Notes: generated by a model from the sequence alone, not told the origin. A stretch of 64,000 nucleotides of DNA from a bacterium (GCA_021813145.1 JAKALS010000003.1:6114-70113), one strand, 5' to 3'. Shown: positions 11,443 through 21,806, counted from the first letter of the stretch. Numbers and translations: made by a program.

Positions 11443-13620
11443 TTACTCCAAAGAAGGCCATTTGCTTATTATTAAATCCTCTTCCCCGCCGTAGAGCAAG
11501 TCATATATCTCCTCCGTTACAAAAGGCATAAAGGGATGCAGCAGTTTTAATAGAATTAAAAATGAAGATGTTAATACATCAAATGTATGTCGGGAGGCGT
11601 CATCATTGTTGTTTAAAGATTTTTTTGACTCTTCAATGTATATATCGGCAAATTCGTGCCATGCAAAATCATATAGATTTTGTGCGGAATGATTAAAATC
11701 ATAATTATTCAAAAGCCTAGTAATTTCCGCCGTTATCTTCTCTGTTTTTTCGATCATTGATCTATCGCTTTGCCACATATCTTTCTCCCCGTGTTTCTTT
11801 GATAAAACACGCAATTCTTGTATTGACAGTTCTGCAACCTTTAATTCCTTTTCATTTTTTTGAAACTCGATAAAGCGTGCCATATTCCATAATTTATTCG
11901 TAAATTTTCGCATCGCTTCAAGTTTGGGATAAGACAAGGACTGGTCATTGCCAAGGGCTGTTCCGTAAACAAGGGCAAATCTTACGGCATCCGCCCCGTA
12001 CTGGTCAACGAGCTCAAGGGGATTTATTACATTTCCCTTGCTCTTGCTCATTTTTTTACCCAAGGGGTCATTTACCAGTCCATGTAAGACTACATCTTTA
12101 AAGGGAATTTGCTTTTTTATATCCTTAACCCCCTCTTTTTCCTGAATATAAATCCCAAGCATTACCATTCTTGCCACCCACCACCTTAATATGTCATATC
12201 CCGTCTCCATAACGCTCGTCGGGTAATATTCGAGACCCCCCGTTGTTTTAAGCGTTGCGTAGGGCCACTGTCCGGAAGAAAACCACGTGTCAAAAGTATC
12301 GCTATCCTGAACCATTTTTCCCGAACATTTCCCGCATTTTTCCCGAGGTTCCCCTTCCGTTACCTCCCATTCCCCACAATTCTCACACTTATAAGCAGGA
12401 ATTCTTATCCCCCAAATAATCTGCCTTGAAATGTTCCAGTCCCTTATTCCTTCCAAAAATTGGAGATAAAGCTTATTAAAATTTTCGGGGTAAATTCTAA
12501 TATCCTTATTTTTAACTGTTTCCATTGCTTTTCTTGCCAAAGGCTCCATTTTTACGAACCACTGCTCCATCGGAAGCGGCTCTATCGGGTTTTTGCATTT
12601 ATAACAGACTCCGATTCTGTGTACGTAATTTTCATCGATATGGTCTATCAGACCTTTTTTCTGCATTTCGTCAACTACCGCTTTTCTCGCCTGCCTTACG
12701 TACAAGCCCTCAAATTTGCCCGCTTTTTCATTCATTTTGCCGTCAAAATTTATTACCTGTACCATAGGAAGATTATGCCTTTGTCCTGCCTCGAAATCGT
12801 TAAAATCGTGAGCAGGGGTTATTTTTACAACGCCTGTTCCGAATTCCGGGTCTACCATCTTATCCGCTATAACTTTAATTTTTGCTTTTCCCAAAACCGT
12901 TTCTATTTCAATTTCTTTTCCTATATATTTTTTATACCTTTTGTCGTCGGGATTAACCGCAATAGCAGTATCGCCAAACTTCGTTTCGGGCCTTGTCGTT
13001 GCCAAAACAAGCGGCCCGTATTTAATGTAATAAAGAGGATTTTTTCTTTCTTCGTAAAGAACCTCAAGGTCGGAAAAGCCGGTTCCGTCAAAAGTACAAT
13101 AATTTACAAGTCTTTTTTGCCTGTAGACGAGGCCGTCGTCATATAACCATTTAAAAGTTTTATAGACAATTTTTATTATATCCTCGTCGAGGGTAAATTT
13201 TTTCTTTTCCCAGTCAAGAGAAAACCCCAGTCTTCTTAGCTGATCTTCCATTCCCTTCCGGTTATTTTGAACGTAATCCATTATCATTTCGTAGAGCTCT
13301 TCCCTTTCATAGTCAAAACGCGATTTGCCTTTTTCCTGAAGTTTTTTCTCATAAACGAATTGGGTTTCAAACCCGGCATGATCTGCTCCGGGAAGCCAAA
13401 GAGTTTTTTTGCCCAACATTCTGTTAAACCTTGTGAGTATATCTTCTATAACATACATCGCGTGGCCGAAGTGAAGCGGAGCATTTGCGTTTGGAGGAGG
13501 TAAAATTATCGAGAATTTTTCCCTGTTCCCGAACCTTTCCCTGGGGTTAAAATATCCTTTTTCTTCCCAATTTTTATAAATTCTTTCCTCGACGCTTTTA
13601 TTATTATAGACTTTATCCAT
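11443..13620 (-). CDS. valS: valyl-tRNA synthetase (short form lacking C-terminal coiled coil)
   Basis: PPPNANAPLHFGHA HIGH region followed by TLWLPGADHAGFETQ (matches the ValRS pattern ...LW..G.DHAGIATQ), KMSKSKGNV. Confidence 0.85.
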   Translation of the reverse strand: MDKVYNNKSVEERIYKNWEEKGYFNPRERFGNREKFSIILPPPNANAPLHFGHAMYVIEDILTRFNRMLGKKTLWLPGADHAGFETQFVYEKKLQEKGKSRFDYEREELYEMIMDYVQNNRKGMEDQLRRLGFSLDWEKKKFTLDEDIIKIVYKTFKWLYDDGLVYRQKRLVNYCTFDGTGFSDLEVLYEERKNPLYYIKYGPLVLATTRPETKFGDTAIAVNPDDKRYKKYIGKEIEIETVLGKAKIKVIADKMVDPEFGTGVVKITPAHDFNDFEAGQRHNLPMVQVINFDGKMNEKAGKFEGLYVRQARKAVVDEMQKKGLIDHIDENYVHRIGVCYKCKNPIEPLPMEQWFVKMEPLARKAMETVKNKDIRIYPENFNKLYLQFLEGIRDWNISRQIIWGIRIPAYKCENCGEWEVTEGEPREKCGKCSGKMVQDSDTFDTWFSSGQWPYATLKTTGGLEYYPTSVMETGYDILRWWVARMVMLGIYIQEKEGVKDIKKQIPFKDVVLHGLVNDPLGKKMSKSKGNVINPLELVDQYGADAVRFALVYGTALGNDQSLSYPKLEAMRKFTNKLWNMARFIEFQKNEKELKVAELSIQELRVLSKKHGEKDMWQSDRSMIEKTEKITAEITRLLNNYDFNHSAQNLYDFAWHEFADIYIEESKKSLNNNDDASRHTFDVLTSSFLILLKLLHPFMPFVTEEIYDLLYGGEEDLIISKWPSLE

Positions 13621-13651
13621 CAGCTTATTCTAACATAGCCTCAAAAAGGGT

Positions 13652-14995
13652 TCAAACGGATTCTATAAGCTTATAGCCTCTTGTTTTTATTGTTTGTATC
13701 TCAAAATTGCCGTTTTGGTTCTTAAGTTTAAGCCTGAGTCTTCCCATAAGTTTGTCTATTGCCCAGTCCGATACCCCTGTTTCCTGTTCCTGGGGCCATA
13801 CGATTTCTATGATTTTTTCTCTTTCGCAAATTTGGTTGAGGTTGTCTTTTAAACAATTAAAAAGCAAAAGTTCTTTCTTACTAAGCTCCGAATATCCTTC
13901 TTTTTGCTCTTCCTTCTCCCTCTCTTTTACATGATATTCGAAAAGCTGATTAAAAATTTTAAAAATTTTTCCTTCTTCTTTTATAAACCCGCTGTTTAAT
14001 AGGTATTCCGCTTTTTTCTTATCCTCTTTCGTAAGTTTTTCCCTTTTTACAATTTTTAAGAGTATTGCCTGCTCGTCTTTGTTGAGGTTTTCCCAAAGCT
14101 CCTCGGACTGAAGCCTTATCCCTTCATCTGCCACAAGGTATTCAAAAAGTTTATTTTTGTCCTTTTTATCCGCTCCTTTTTCGTGAAGGAGTATAAGGGC
14201 AAGCTGTAAGTATCTGAAGTGCCCGTTGGAAAAGTCCAAAAGATAGTCCTCTATTTCATCTCCCAGTGTCACATCATATCTTCTCTTATAAGTATTTAAA
14301 ATTATCCTTTGGTCCGTTTTTTCCGCGGGTTTTATATACAACTTTCTGTATCCGACCAAAAGGGCCGCGTGCTGGAAAACGTCGGGAAAAATTCTTTCAA
14401 AAGGCAAAAAACTGGTAAACACATAAGAGAGCTGGTGATGAGTAGCATCCCTAAGCCCGGCAAGATTTGCAAAAAATTCCGGTGTAACCGATCCGATCAG
14501 CCTGTCGAACCTGATTAAAAAAAGGGTCGGTAAATATCCCTGATCAATTATTTTTTTTATGGAAAGCCTTACGCTGTCTAAAGTAAAAAATAAATCCTGA
14601 AGCTGAATGCTCTCCAAAAAAAGCTCGTTTATCTCTTTTTTTACAAAAGGGTTCATGGAAGACGCTTCAACTGCATCAACTATCCTTTTTAACGTAAGAG
14701 TCCAAAATGGCTGTATCTCGCTCTCGACTAAATCGTTAAGGTCCACGGGAATAAAAAAATGCTTCCCCCTTCCCTTTACGTATGTATCTTGAATTTCCCG
14801 TTTTCCGATAAAAAAATTAAGAAAATTACTTATACCCACCCTTTTTATCCCGAGAAGAACTACGGAGTGCCTGTGTTTTATGTGTGCTCCTAAATCTTCG
14901 GAGTCATTTTTTCTAAAAGTTACGGGGTAATTTGCTGTTCCAATCGATTTGTCCATGGTTTCCCCTATTTTAGATGTATCAAAAACTTTTATCAA
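13652..14995 (-). CDS. NTPase-like domain fused to C-terminal OmpR/PhoB-type winged-helix DNA-binding domain (paralog of 33609-34937)
   Basis: Deviant P-loop VVLLGIKRVGISNFLNFF; C-terminus VSDWAIDKLMGRLRLKL...IQTIKTRGYKLI resembles trans_reg_C. Confidence 0.6.
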   Translation of the reverse strand: MIKVFDTSKIGETMDKSIGTANYPVTFRKNDSEDLGAHIKHRHSVVLLGIKRVGISNFLNFFIGKREIQDTYVKGRGKHFFIPVDLNDLVESEIQPFWTLTLKRIVDAVEASSMNPFVKKEINELFLESIQLQDLFFTLDSVRLSIKKIIDQGYLPTLFLIRFDRLIGSVTPEFFANLAGLRDATHHQLSYVFTSFLPFERIFPDVFQHAALLVGYRKLYIKPAEKTDQRIILNTYKRRYDVTLGDEIEDYLLDFSNGHFRYLQLALILLHEKGADKKDKNKLFEYLVADEGIRLQSEELWENLNKDEQAILLKIVKREKLTKEDKKKAEYLLNSGFIKEEGKIFKIFNQLFEYHVKEREKEEQKEGYSELSKKELLLFNCLKDNLNQICEREKIIEIVWPQEQETGVSDWAIDKLMGRLRLKLKNQNGNFEIQTIKTRGYKLIESV

Positions 14996-14999
14996 TAAC

Positions 15000-15487
15000 G
15001 ATTTGTCAGGTTTTTGTCAAAAAAGAGTCTGTTCGCGGTCAAGCTGGTACAAAAAAATAAGGATATATTAATTTTATGAAAAGAGTGGAAATTGAAACAC
15101 CGGGAGATTATTTAGGACACTGGGGAGACAATTCTTTTGCCAATAGCCTTGCGGCAGACAGGGCCTCCTTAAGGCCTTACTCAGAAAGAGATCCTAAAAT
15201 GCTTAAAAGTGAAGAAAGGCAAAGTCCTACAGAAATAGCGATAAGAGGAGGTGATAAAAAATGAAAGAACTGGATTTTCATGAGGGGCTTGGCCCCCATA
15301 CAACAACGTCAAAAGTACAGTTTGTTCCGGGAAGACCGGACCTAAATAGAGCAGAGGCGGAAAGAGCATCAATAGTCGAGGTGGATGGAAGACCGGCCCT
15401 GGACAGAGCTATAACGGTTAGGGGAAGAGAGGTTCCCGTCTATATTCACGGGCAAGTCCAGCAAAGCTAATCTGCTATAATTCCCCC
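15000..15487. ncRNA. candidate structured RNA in GC-elevated divergent intergenic region (identity unresolved; not confirmed as RNase P, SRP or 6S)
   Basis: 490-bp ORF-poor region between divergent genes with locally raised G+C and hairpins (GGCCTccttaAGGCC; CCGGgaagaCCGG). Loose resemblance to RNase P CR-II (GGCGGAAAGAGCA), but the P4 pairing test fails. Confidence 0.3.
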
Positions 15488-16105
15488 ATGGCTGACAGAA
15501 AAACCGCTTACGTTATTTTTAATCTGTTAAAAAAGAGATACCCAGATGCAAAAATTTCTTTAACCTATTCAAACAACTTTGAGCTTCTTGTCTGCGTAAT
15601 GCTTTCCGCACAAACCACGGATGCACAGGTAAATAAAATTACCCCCTGCTTATTCAAGAAATATAAAGGCAAAAATGAAACGGAAGAAATTGAAAATTTT
15701 GCAAATGCCAAATTAGAAGTACTCGAAAAAGACATAAATGCAATAGGGTTGTACCGGGTAAAAGCCAAAAATATCAAAGCTGCTGCACGGGTTATTCTAA
15801 AAAAATTTCAAGGTAGAATTCCAAAAACAATGGATGAAATACTAACCCTTCCCGGAGTAGGAAGAAAAACCGGAAACGTAGTTCTTTTTAACGCTTTTGG
15901 AGAAATAGAAGGGATAGCGGTAGATACTCATGTAAGAAGACAGGCAAAAGATTTGGGATTAACAAAAAATAATGACCCATTAAAAATAGAAAAAGATTTA
16001 ATGGAATTGTTCGATAAAAAAGATTGGCCGAAAATTACTTCCCTTTTGATCGCCTACGGAAGAGATATTAGGAAAAATAAGAAAAAAAGATTACTTTTTA
16101 ACTAA
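15488..16105 (+). CDS. nth: endonuclease III-like HhH-GPD DNA glycosylase (no C-terminal Fe-S Cys cluster visible)
   Basis: LPGVGRKTGNVVL helix-hairpin-helix motif, VMLSAQTTDAQVNK, catalytic Asp (AVDTHV) region. Confidence 0.85.
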   Translation: MADRKTAYVIFNLLKKRYPDAKISLTYSNNFELLVCVMLSAQTTDAQVNKITPCLFKKYKGKNETEEIENFANAKLEVLEKDINAIGLYRVKAKNIKAAARVILKKFQGRIPKTMDEILTLPGVGRKTGNVVLFNAFGEIEGIAVDTHVRRQAKDLGLTKNNDPLKIEKDLMELFDKKDWPKITSLLIAYGRDIRKNKKKRLLFN

Positions 16106-18763
16106 ATCTACGCTTATTTCTTTGTCGCTGTTTAAATTTGTGGAATAAACGAGCCTGCTATCTCCCGCCTGACCGTCGGTTGTGGAAATGATTTTATACG
16201 AAGAGGGATATGTAAGAGAAAAATCGAAGGGATAAGTGTCTGTACCCGGCTGTTTAAATACTTTAAGATCATAGGTGATTTCGGGAGAAGAAACTTGGAC
16301 TTGTTCGGGCATAGAATAATCAAGCTCTATTGTCTGCAGTGAATTTACGGGAACTATAGTCAAAAATCCGTATATGGTTTTGCCGTCCTGGTTATAGCTC
16401 TCCACCTCAAGCCCGCCCGGGGGGACAAAATTAGTATTTTCATATACCTGGGGATTTGTAACCGCGTTAACAATTTTTTGAGATTGTCCGTTTATTTTAA
16501 TTTCCGAAACCGTCGCGCCCAGAGGAAGAATAAACCTCAGATAATCCTTGTAGATGCCGCCCGGCCAGATATTATCCGTATTTGTATTTTTATAAGCAAC
16601 CGTTATGCTTCCCTCCACGTTTCCCTTATCGTCTATATTAACTACCTCTGATTCGCTTCTTCTTATAAAATAATTATCCTTGTTGATCCCTAAGTTTGCC
16701 TCATTGATTCCGATAAAATCGTTTACCGCCGTAGGGCTTTGTTTCCTGTCATCCCAGATAGCCGAGGACCATCCGTTAACGGTAAAAAGGTTCTGTATGC
16801 TTGAATTGTCAAAAGCAAAAAGAATGTGCTTTTGGGAAAGGGAATCCCCCACCGCTTTTGCCAGAGCAAGATAAGAAATGCCTTTTTGTGAAGAAATTTT
16901 GTTTTCCATAGCGTTTAAAAGAGCTCTCAAAAAATCTTTTTTTTGGGTCGAACCCGGAAAAAAATTTTTTTCGGCATGAGACTCGGTCAACTGAAAAACA
17001 TTATCCGCATTTACAGTCTGTTTATATTCCGGAACGTAAATGTTCCCCATGGCAGACAAAATATTTTTTACAAAACTCAAATCTACGCCTATTACTCCAT
17101 TTACCATTTCGCCTTTTTCGATGTTTAAAAAGTTCGCAGCCTGTGCCGCAGAATCGACAAAATTAACATTAAAATTGCTGTCCCTAAGATACCAGTCTTT
17201 GGATGCCATATATCTTCTTATTGCGAAAGGCGGCTCGATATGTCCCTTAAGCTGACCGTCTGCATCATATACGTCATAAATTTTAAAGCTTGTTATCCTC
17301 CCGTTATCAAGAGCGAGAATCCCGTAAGAGCCTATAAATCCCCCTCCGGGCCTTAATTCCATATTGTTTTGAAATAAAACCATGTATGTTCTTTTTCCGT
17401 TATACCCCAAAACATCCGGCCATATGCTTATCGTATTTGAAGCAAACTGAACCAATGGATCTATTTTTTCCGTAAGGCCGGAAAAGTCTTGGCCTTGGGC
17501 TTTTTCTTTTTCAAATATAACAATTGCGTTTTTTAAATTATTCGACGCATCCGTAAAATTGGACGATGCCTGAGAAGGACTGCTTTTTAAGGCAGCCATT
17601 AAATATTTCGACGCTTCGATAAGATAAATTCCGGCAGTTGAAAGATTTTTTCCCATACCGACATCGTTGTTTATCCCTGAAAAGATATTGGGTTGTCCTA
17701 TCAGCTGTCCCTGCGAGTAAAGAATAATTGATCCTCCCTGAGCTAATGCAAAGAGCTTATTCGAATAGATAACGTCTTTTTCTGCCTCGGGTAATTTGCC
17801 TTTGTCTATAGAGTTTTTTGCGGACTCTAAGTATCTTAAGCCAAGGTAGGAAAATCCGAGGGTTGTTATAAGCGGAAGCAAAAGAAAAAAACCGATACAA
17901 AAAACAAGCCAAAGAAAAGGAAGAAAAAACCGTCCTCTTTTTTCTTTTTCCATTTTAATAGCCTCCGGGACAACAGGATTATCCTTAAGCTCAATCTTTT
18001 TTACCCTCTCCTCCAGAGGATAATTTTCAAAAAAATAAACCCCTTCGGGATAAAAGACATAATTGTCTTGTTTGACTTTTTTTTCTTTTATAAAATCTAT
18101 AGAAACGGATGGATTGTGTTTTTGTATCATGTGGGCAAGGGTAATGTTTGCTACCCCGTGTTTTGGAAAAAGATAAAACAGGTTTCTTGAATTGGCTTCG
18201 CCAAAAACAGCCTCAAATATCCCCGTGACTAAGTCTTCGGCGAAAATAGGAAAAGAGAGTCCCGTACCGTCTCCGGGGATCGTAATTTTTCCCGTATTTT
18301 CAGCTTCATATATAAATTTATTGATAACCGTTTCCCGATCATAAATTATGTCCTTAAAAAATACGTCCCCGAAAATTATTACCTTCACGCTCGGATAGGC
18401 ACTCATTAGCCCCCGCACATATATCTGGCTCATGTTATCTATATGTGTTGCAAACAAAAATACCCCTTTATCCGACTGTGCCTTTTTTACAAAACTCGGT
18501 AGGGAGTCTTTGGTTGACTTTGTTTTGTCGTCCACAACAAAAATATATGAGTAAGTATTATCGGGGATTGTTGGTATTTTTTTAAAAAATGGAATATGAA
18601 CAACGTTGTCCGTTGTTGACGGTTGTTTTTGACTGACAAAAACAACAAGGGATTCATCCTTTAGCCGTTTTACAAGTAAATCCCCTATTATCCCTACCCT
18701 GTCTACTATTAAAATTGGGCTTTCCTCGTTCTTTTGGGAAGTAATAAAAGAAGATCTTGCCAC
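16091..18763 (-). CDS. large bitopic membrane protein: cytoplasmic Rossmann-like N-terminal domain, one TM, ~600-aa extracytoplasmic domain (DUF4012-like)
   Basis: N-terminus ILIVDRVGIIGDLLV; central TM FFLPFLWLVFCIGFFLLLPLITTLGF; long Asn/Ser/Gly-rich C-terminal domain. Confidence 0.5.
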   Translation of the reverse strand: MARSSFITSQKNEESPILIVDRVGIIGDLLVKRLKDESLVVFVSQKQPSTTDNVVHIPFFKKIPTIPDNTYSYIFVVDDKTKSTKDSLPSFVKKAQSDKGVFLFATHIDNMSQIYVRGLMSAYPSVKVIIFGDVFFKDIIYDRETVINKFIYEAENTGKITIPGDGTGLSFPIFAEDLVTGIFEAVFGEANSRNLFYLFPKHGVANITLAHMIQKHNPSVSIDFIKEKKVKQDNYVFYPEGVYFFENYPLEERVKKIELKDNPVVPEAIKMEKEKRGRFFLPFLWLVFCIGFFLLLPLITTLGFSYLGLRYLESAKNSIDKGKLPEAEKDVIYSNKLFALAQGGSIILYSQGQLIGQPNIFSGINNDVGMGKNLSTAGIYLIEASKYLMAALKSSPSQASSNFTDASNNLKNAIVIFEKEKAQGQDFSGLTEKIDPLVQFASNTISIWPDVLGYNGKRTYMVLFQNNMELRPGGGFIGSYGILALDNGRITSFKIYDVYDADGQLKGHIEPPFAIRRYMASKDWYLRDSNFNVNFVDSAAQAANFLNIEKGEMVNGVIGVDLSFVKNILSAMGNIYVPEYKQTVNADNVFQLTESHAEKNFFPGSTQKKDFLRALLNAMENKISSQKGISYLALAKAVGDSLSQKHILFAFDNSSIQNLFTVNGWSSAIWDDRKQSPTAVNDFIGINEANLGINKDNYFIRRSESEVVNIDDKGNVEGSITVAYKNTNTDNIWPGGIYKDYLRFILPLGATVSEIKINGQSQKIVNAVTNPQVYENTNFVPPGGLEVESYNQDGKTIYGFLTIVPVNSLQTIELDYSMPEQVQVSSPEITYDLKVFKQPGTDTYPFDFSLTYPSSYKIISTTDGQAGDSRLVYSTNLNSDKEISVDLVKK

Positions 18764-18781
18764 AAATTAATTGTAGGAACT

Positions 18782-19201
18782 CTAGATGAGGTTGTCCAGA
18801 GCTAAATTCACCAACTCGTCGGCTTTTTTATTGGATTCTCTTGGAACATGATGCCATTCAATGGGAACTTCCACCTTAGAGATTTTTTCCTTAACGGTAT
18901 AAATAAGTTCTCTTATGTGCTCCGTTTTAACTTTGTATACTCCTATTATCTGGGAATAAACAAGCTGGGAGTCGAGATTAAAGATTATTTTTGAAATCTT
19001 TAAGCCTTGCTTATTTGCTATAACCCAGTTCAAGGCTTCAATAACCGCCAAATATTCCGCCACATTGTTCGTGGTATTTCCTATTCTTTTTCCTATTCCC
19101 GCAAGTTTTTTTCCGCTATTATCCGCTATGTAAACACCCAGCGCTGCGGGACCCGGATTTCCCCTTGCTCCTCCATCTGTATTTATATGTATTTCATTCA
19201 T
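18782..19201 (-). CDS. rnhA: ribonuclease HI
   Basis: INTDGGARGNPGPAALGVYI and NNVAEYLAVIEAL catalytic DEDD motifs. Confidence 0.88.
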   Translation of the reverse strand: MNEIHINTDGGARGNPGPAALGVYIADNSGKKLAGIGKRIGNTTNNVAEYLAVIEALNWVIANKQGLKISKIIFNLDSQLVYSQIIGVYKVKTEHIRELIYTVKEKISKVEVPIEWHHVPRESNKKADELVNLALDNLI

Positions 19202-20444
19202 TTTCTCGTTCCTTTTCTAAAAAAATTTTAATAGAAAATACTTTAAATGCCAATAGGACAAAAACTCCCCCCTCCGAAAGCCCCGTAATAACCGCGGACG
19301 CAAAATAAGAATATTGAGGAATAAAAATAAGATTCAATAAAATGTTTAATATTGTAGAGACACCGTAAACCCACGCCAGAAACTTCTGTTCTTTTAAGGC
19401 AATAAGTATCCACTGTAAAAAACTCGTTAAAAAGAAAAGTGGAACAGAAAGAAGAAGTATCCTAAAGGGCACTATTGCCGGAAGATAGTCCGATTTTATT
19501 AAAGATAAAAGGGGAGACAAAAACCAAAAAGGAACAACGACAAAAAAGGAAAACCCCAGGAAAATTAAAAAATAATGCGAAGTTATATTGAAGAATTTTT
19601 TAGTGTCGTTTTTGTTTGAAAGAAGGAACGGGTATAAAGAATTTGAAAGAAAAAGCGGAAGGGACAGTATAAAATCAAAAAACTTATAAGAGAGACCGTA
19701 TATTCCTACATCCCTTGTCGGCCTTAAGACAGAAAGCAAAAACATGTCTGCGCGGAAATATATTAAATTAAAAATTAGCATTAAGCCTATTGGGAATGCG
19801 GCAACAATAATTTTTTTTGAAAATTTGAAATCAAAGTCAACGGGAAACACCTTATTCCTTACATAACAAAGCGAAAGGCCGGCAGTGATAAAACTGCTAA
19901 ACGCGTAAGAAAACAATATAAACAGAAGGGGCATTTTAAAATAAACTAAAACTGTTATAAGTAAAAAATTAAACAGTGAACCCGAAACAGTCGAAAGAAA
20001 ATAAGGGAAATAATTAAGCCTTTTTTGAAAAAGTCCCCCCGTTGAATTAATTATCGACTGACTGAGTATGGAAAACGAATAAATAAAAATTCCCATCCTC
20101 ACAAGAGGAGAAAACCCAAGACCGGTCAGATTGTTAAATGGAAGAAAATAAGCGATTCCATTTGAAGCAACTAAAACAAAAAGTGCAATTACTACTCTTA
20201 AATAAAAAATCTTTTTAAAGTTTTCGTACTTATCGTTCTCCACCTGAAGATAAATAGCGTTAAGGCCCAAATCAACAAATAAATAAAATAGGGCGACAAA
20301 AGCTGTGGCTTTTGTAAAGTCGCCATAGCCCACAACCCCAAAACTACGGGCAATAATGACAGTAATTGCAAAACCAAGAAACGCGGTTATTGATTTGGCA
20401 AGAGTCTGATAAAACGTGTTTTTTGCCACTACAGAGTGGAACAT
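19194..20444 (-). CDS. polysaccharide/oligosaccharide flippase (Wzx/MOP-superfamily-like)
   Basis: ~12 predicted TM helices with an architecture typical of lipid-linked oligosaccharide flippases; adjacent to a ligase-like gene. Confidence 0.6.
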   Translation of the reverse strand: MFHSVVAKNTFYQTLAKSITAFLGFAITVIIARSFGVVGYGDFTKATAFVALFYLFVDLGLNAIYLQVENDKYENFKKIFYLRVVIALFVLVASNGIAYFLPFNNLTGLGFSPLVRMGIFIYSFSILSQSIINSTGGLFQKRLNYFPYFLSTVSGSLFNFLLITVLVYFKMPLLFILFSYAFSSFITAGLSLCYVRNKVFPVDFDFKFSKKIIVAAFPIGLMLIFNLIYFRADMFLLSVLRPTRDVGIYGLSYKFFDFILSLPLFLSNSLYPFLLSNKNDTKKFFNITSHYFLIFLGFSFFVVVPFWFLSPLLSLIKSDYLPAIVPFRILLLSVPLFFLTSFLQWILIALKEQKFLAWVYGVSTILNILLNLIFIPQYSYFASAVITGLSEGGVFVLLAFKVFSIKIFLEKERENE

Positions 20445-20459
20445 AAAATTATATTACCA

Positions 20460-21806
20460 CTATCCGATTTTTTTTGTAGAAGAAAGAAACGCTCCCATTG
20501 TCAGGGAAAAAAGTATTTGTCCCTGCTGAAGGGTAAAAAAATAATGGTCAAATAAACCGAGGGCGATTATTCCGGAAAACAGAATCAGAAGTTTTTTTTG
20601 TTTTCTAATTTTTAGAAAAACATAAACTACAAATCCGGATAAATATAAAAATCCAGGTATCCCCAATTCCGATAATGCCAAAAGAAAAATGTTATGGACC
20701 GGCTGGAGATAAAAAGATTGTTTTTGTTTTTTTTCAATTGACGGGAGATTAATTAAAAAATTATTCAAACCCGTACCGAACAGGGGATTATTGCCATACA
20801 TTTCCAATGAATCGTTAACCAGTTGTTCCCGCTGGACAAGGCTTTCATCGGAAAAGGAGGTCTGCGCAAATCTTTGAAAAACGGGAATGGTAAAAAAAGA
20901 TAGAACAATAAAGATCAAAATTAAAAATAAAAATACATAATTTATTTTTTTTAAAAAACCGATTCGCGTTTTTTTCCAAAAAAGAAAAATCAAATAAGAT
21001 AAAGCCGAACAGGCCCATACAAAAATTACAATCCTTGAAAGAGTTGCAAAAAGAGCAATTGTTCCGATTGCTAAAATTAGCCAAAGAAATAATTTTTTAA
21101 ATTTAATTTCGATTCGAGGAAAAATTAACAAAAGAGAATAAAGAGAAATGTATAAATAGGCAGCAAGAACATTGGGGTGGGGAAATGTACCATAAGGCCT
21201 GAGGACAAGTTGCCCATTTAGAGTTGCATCGGCAACTCCGGGGGTCTGAGAGTTAAATGATCTTTCTCCAAAAAAATAAAAAATTCCGTTTAACGACGAC
21301 TGACTAACATACTGCGCCAGCGAAAGTAATGATTCAAATAAAACCCCTGCAAAAATAGTCGAAAAAATAATCTTTTTATTCAGGTTTCTAAAATTTTTCG
21401 CGGTATAAAAAAATAAAATCAAAAACTCAAGAAGCTTAACCAATCCGTAAAGGCCGCTTCCGGGACTCTTTGACAAAGAAATACCTAAAATTAAAAATAA
21501 AAAGAGGGACAAAAATAAAAAAATTTTTATATTAAATTTAATTTTTATTTTCTTCCGGCTCTCAAAAATCCAAAAAAAACATAAAAAAATAATTATGAGA
21601 TCCGTAAAATAAAAAGTGGGGGAAAGGTAGTCTACCCTTACTCCGTAAACAAAAGAAAAATCTGGCCAAAAATGTTTACCAAGCTGTGTTGGCAAAAACA
21701 GAATGAGAAGATAAAAAAATATACGGGAAGGCCTATTCTTTTGGTTTAATAACCAAGACTCTGTCTTTACCTTCTCCGATAGATTCCGAAACAACCTCTT
21801 GGTCAT
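20460..21806 (-). CDS. O-antigen ligase-like (Wzy_C/WaaL family) polytopic membrane protein
   Basis: Multi-TM protein with a large loop between late TMs; sits next to the flippase. Confidence 0.55.
   Translation of the reverse strand: MTKRLFRNLSEKVKTESWLLNQKNRPSRIFFYLLILFLPTQLGKHFWPDFSFVYGVRVDYLSPTFYFTDLIIIFLCFFWIFESRKKIKIKFNIKIFLFLSLFLFLILGISLSKSPGSGLYGLVKLLEFLILFFYTAKNFRNLNKKIIFSTIFAGVLFESLLSLAQYVSQSSLNGIFYFFGERSFNSQTPGVADATLNGQLVLRPYGTFPHPNVLAAYLYISLYSLLLIFPRIEIKFKKLFLWLILAIGTIALFATLSRIVIFVWACSALSYLIFLFWKKTRIGFLKKINYVFLFLILIFIVLSFFTIPVFQRFAQTSFSDESLVQREQLVNDSLEMYGNNPLFGTGLNNFLINLPSIEKKQKQSFYLQPVHNIFLLALSELGIPGFLYLSGFVVYVFLKIRKQKKLLILFSGIIALGLFDHYFFTLQQGQILFSLTMGAFLSSTKKIG

Noticed and set aside
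12460-13146. 228-aa plus-strand ORF and other antisense ORFs inside valS, dnaG, the DUF4012-like gene and the VirB4 gene
   Set aside because: They are embedded antisense in strongly supported genes and are typical AT-rich-genome shadow ORFs.
15210-15510. RNase P RNA (rnpB) assignment for the 15 kb intergenic region, based on CR-I-like AAAGUCC, CR-II-like GGCGGAAAGAGCA and a CR-V-like GACAGAAAAACCGCUUA
   Set aside because: The CR-V-like element lies inside the well-supported nth N-terminus. The required P4 pairing between the candidate CR-I and CR-V strands does not form. The motif order is inconsistent. The region is kept only as an unclassified candidate RNA.
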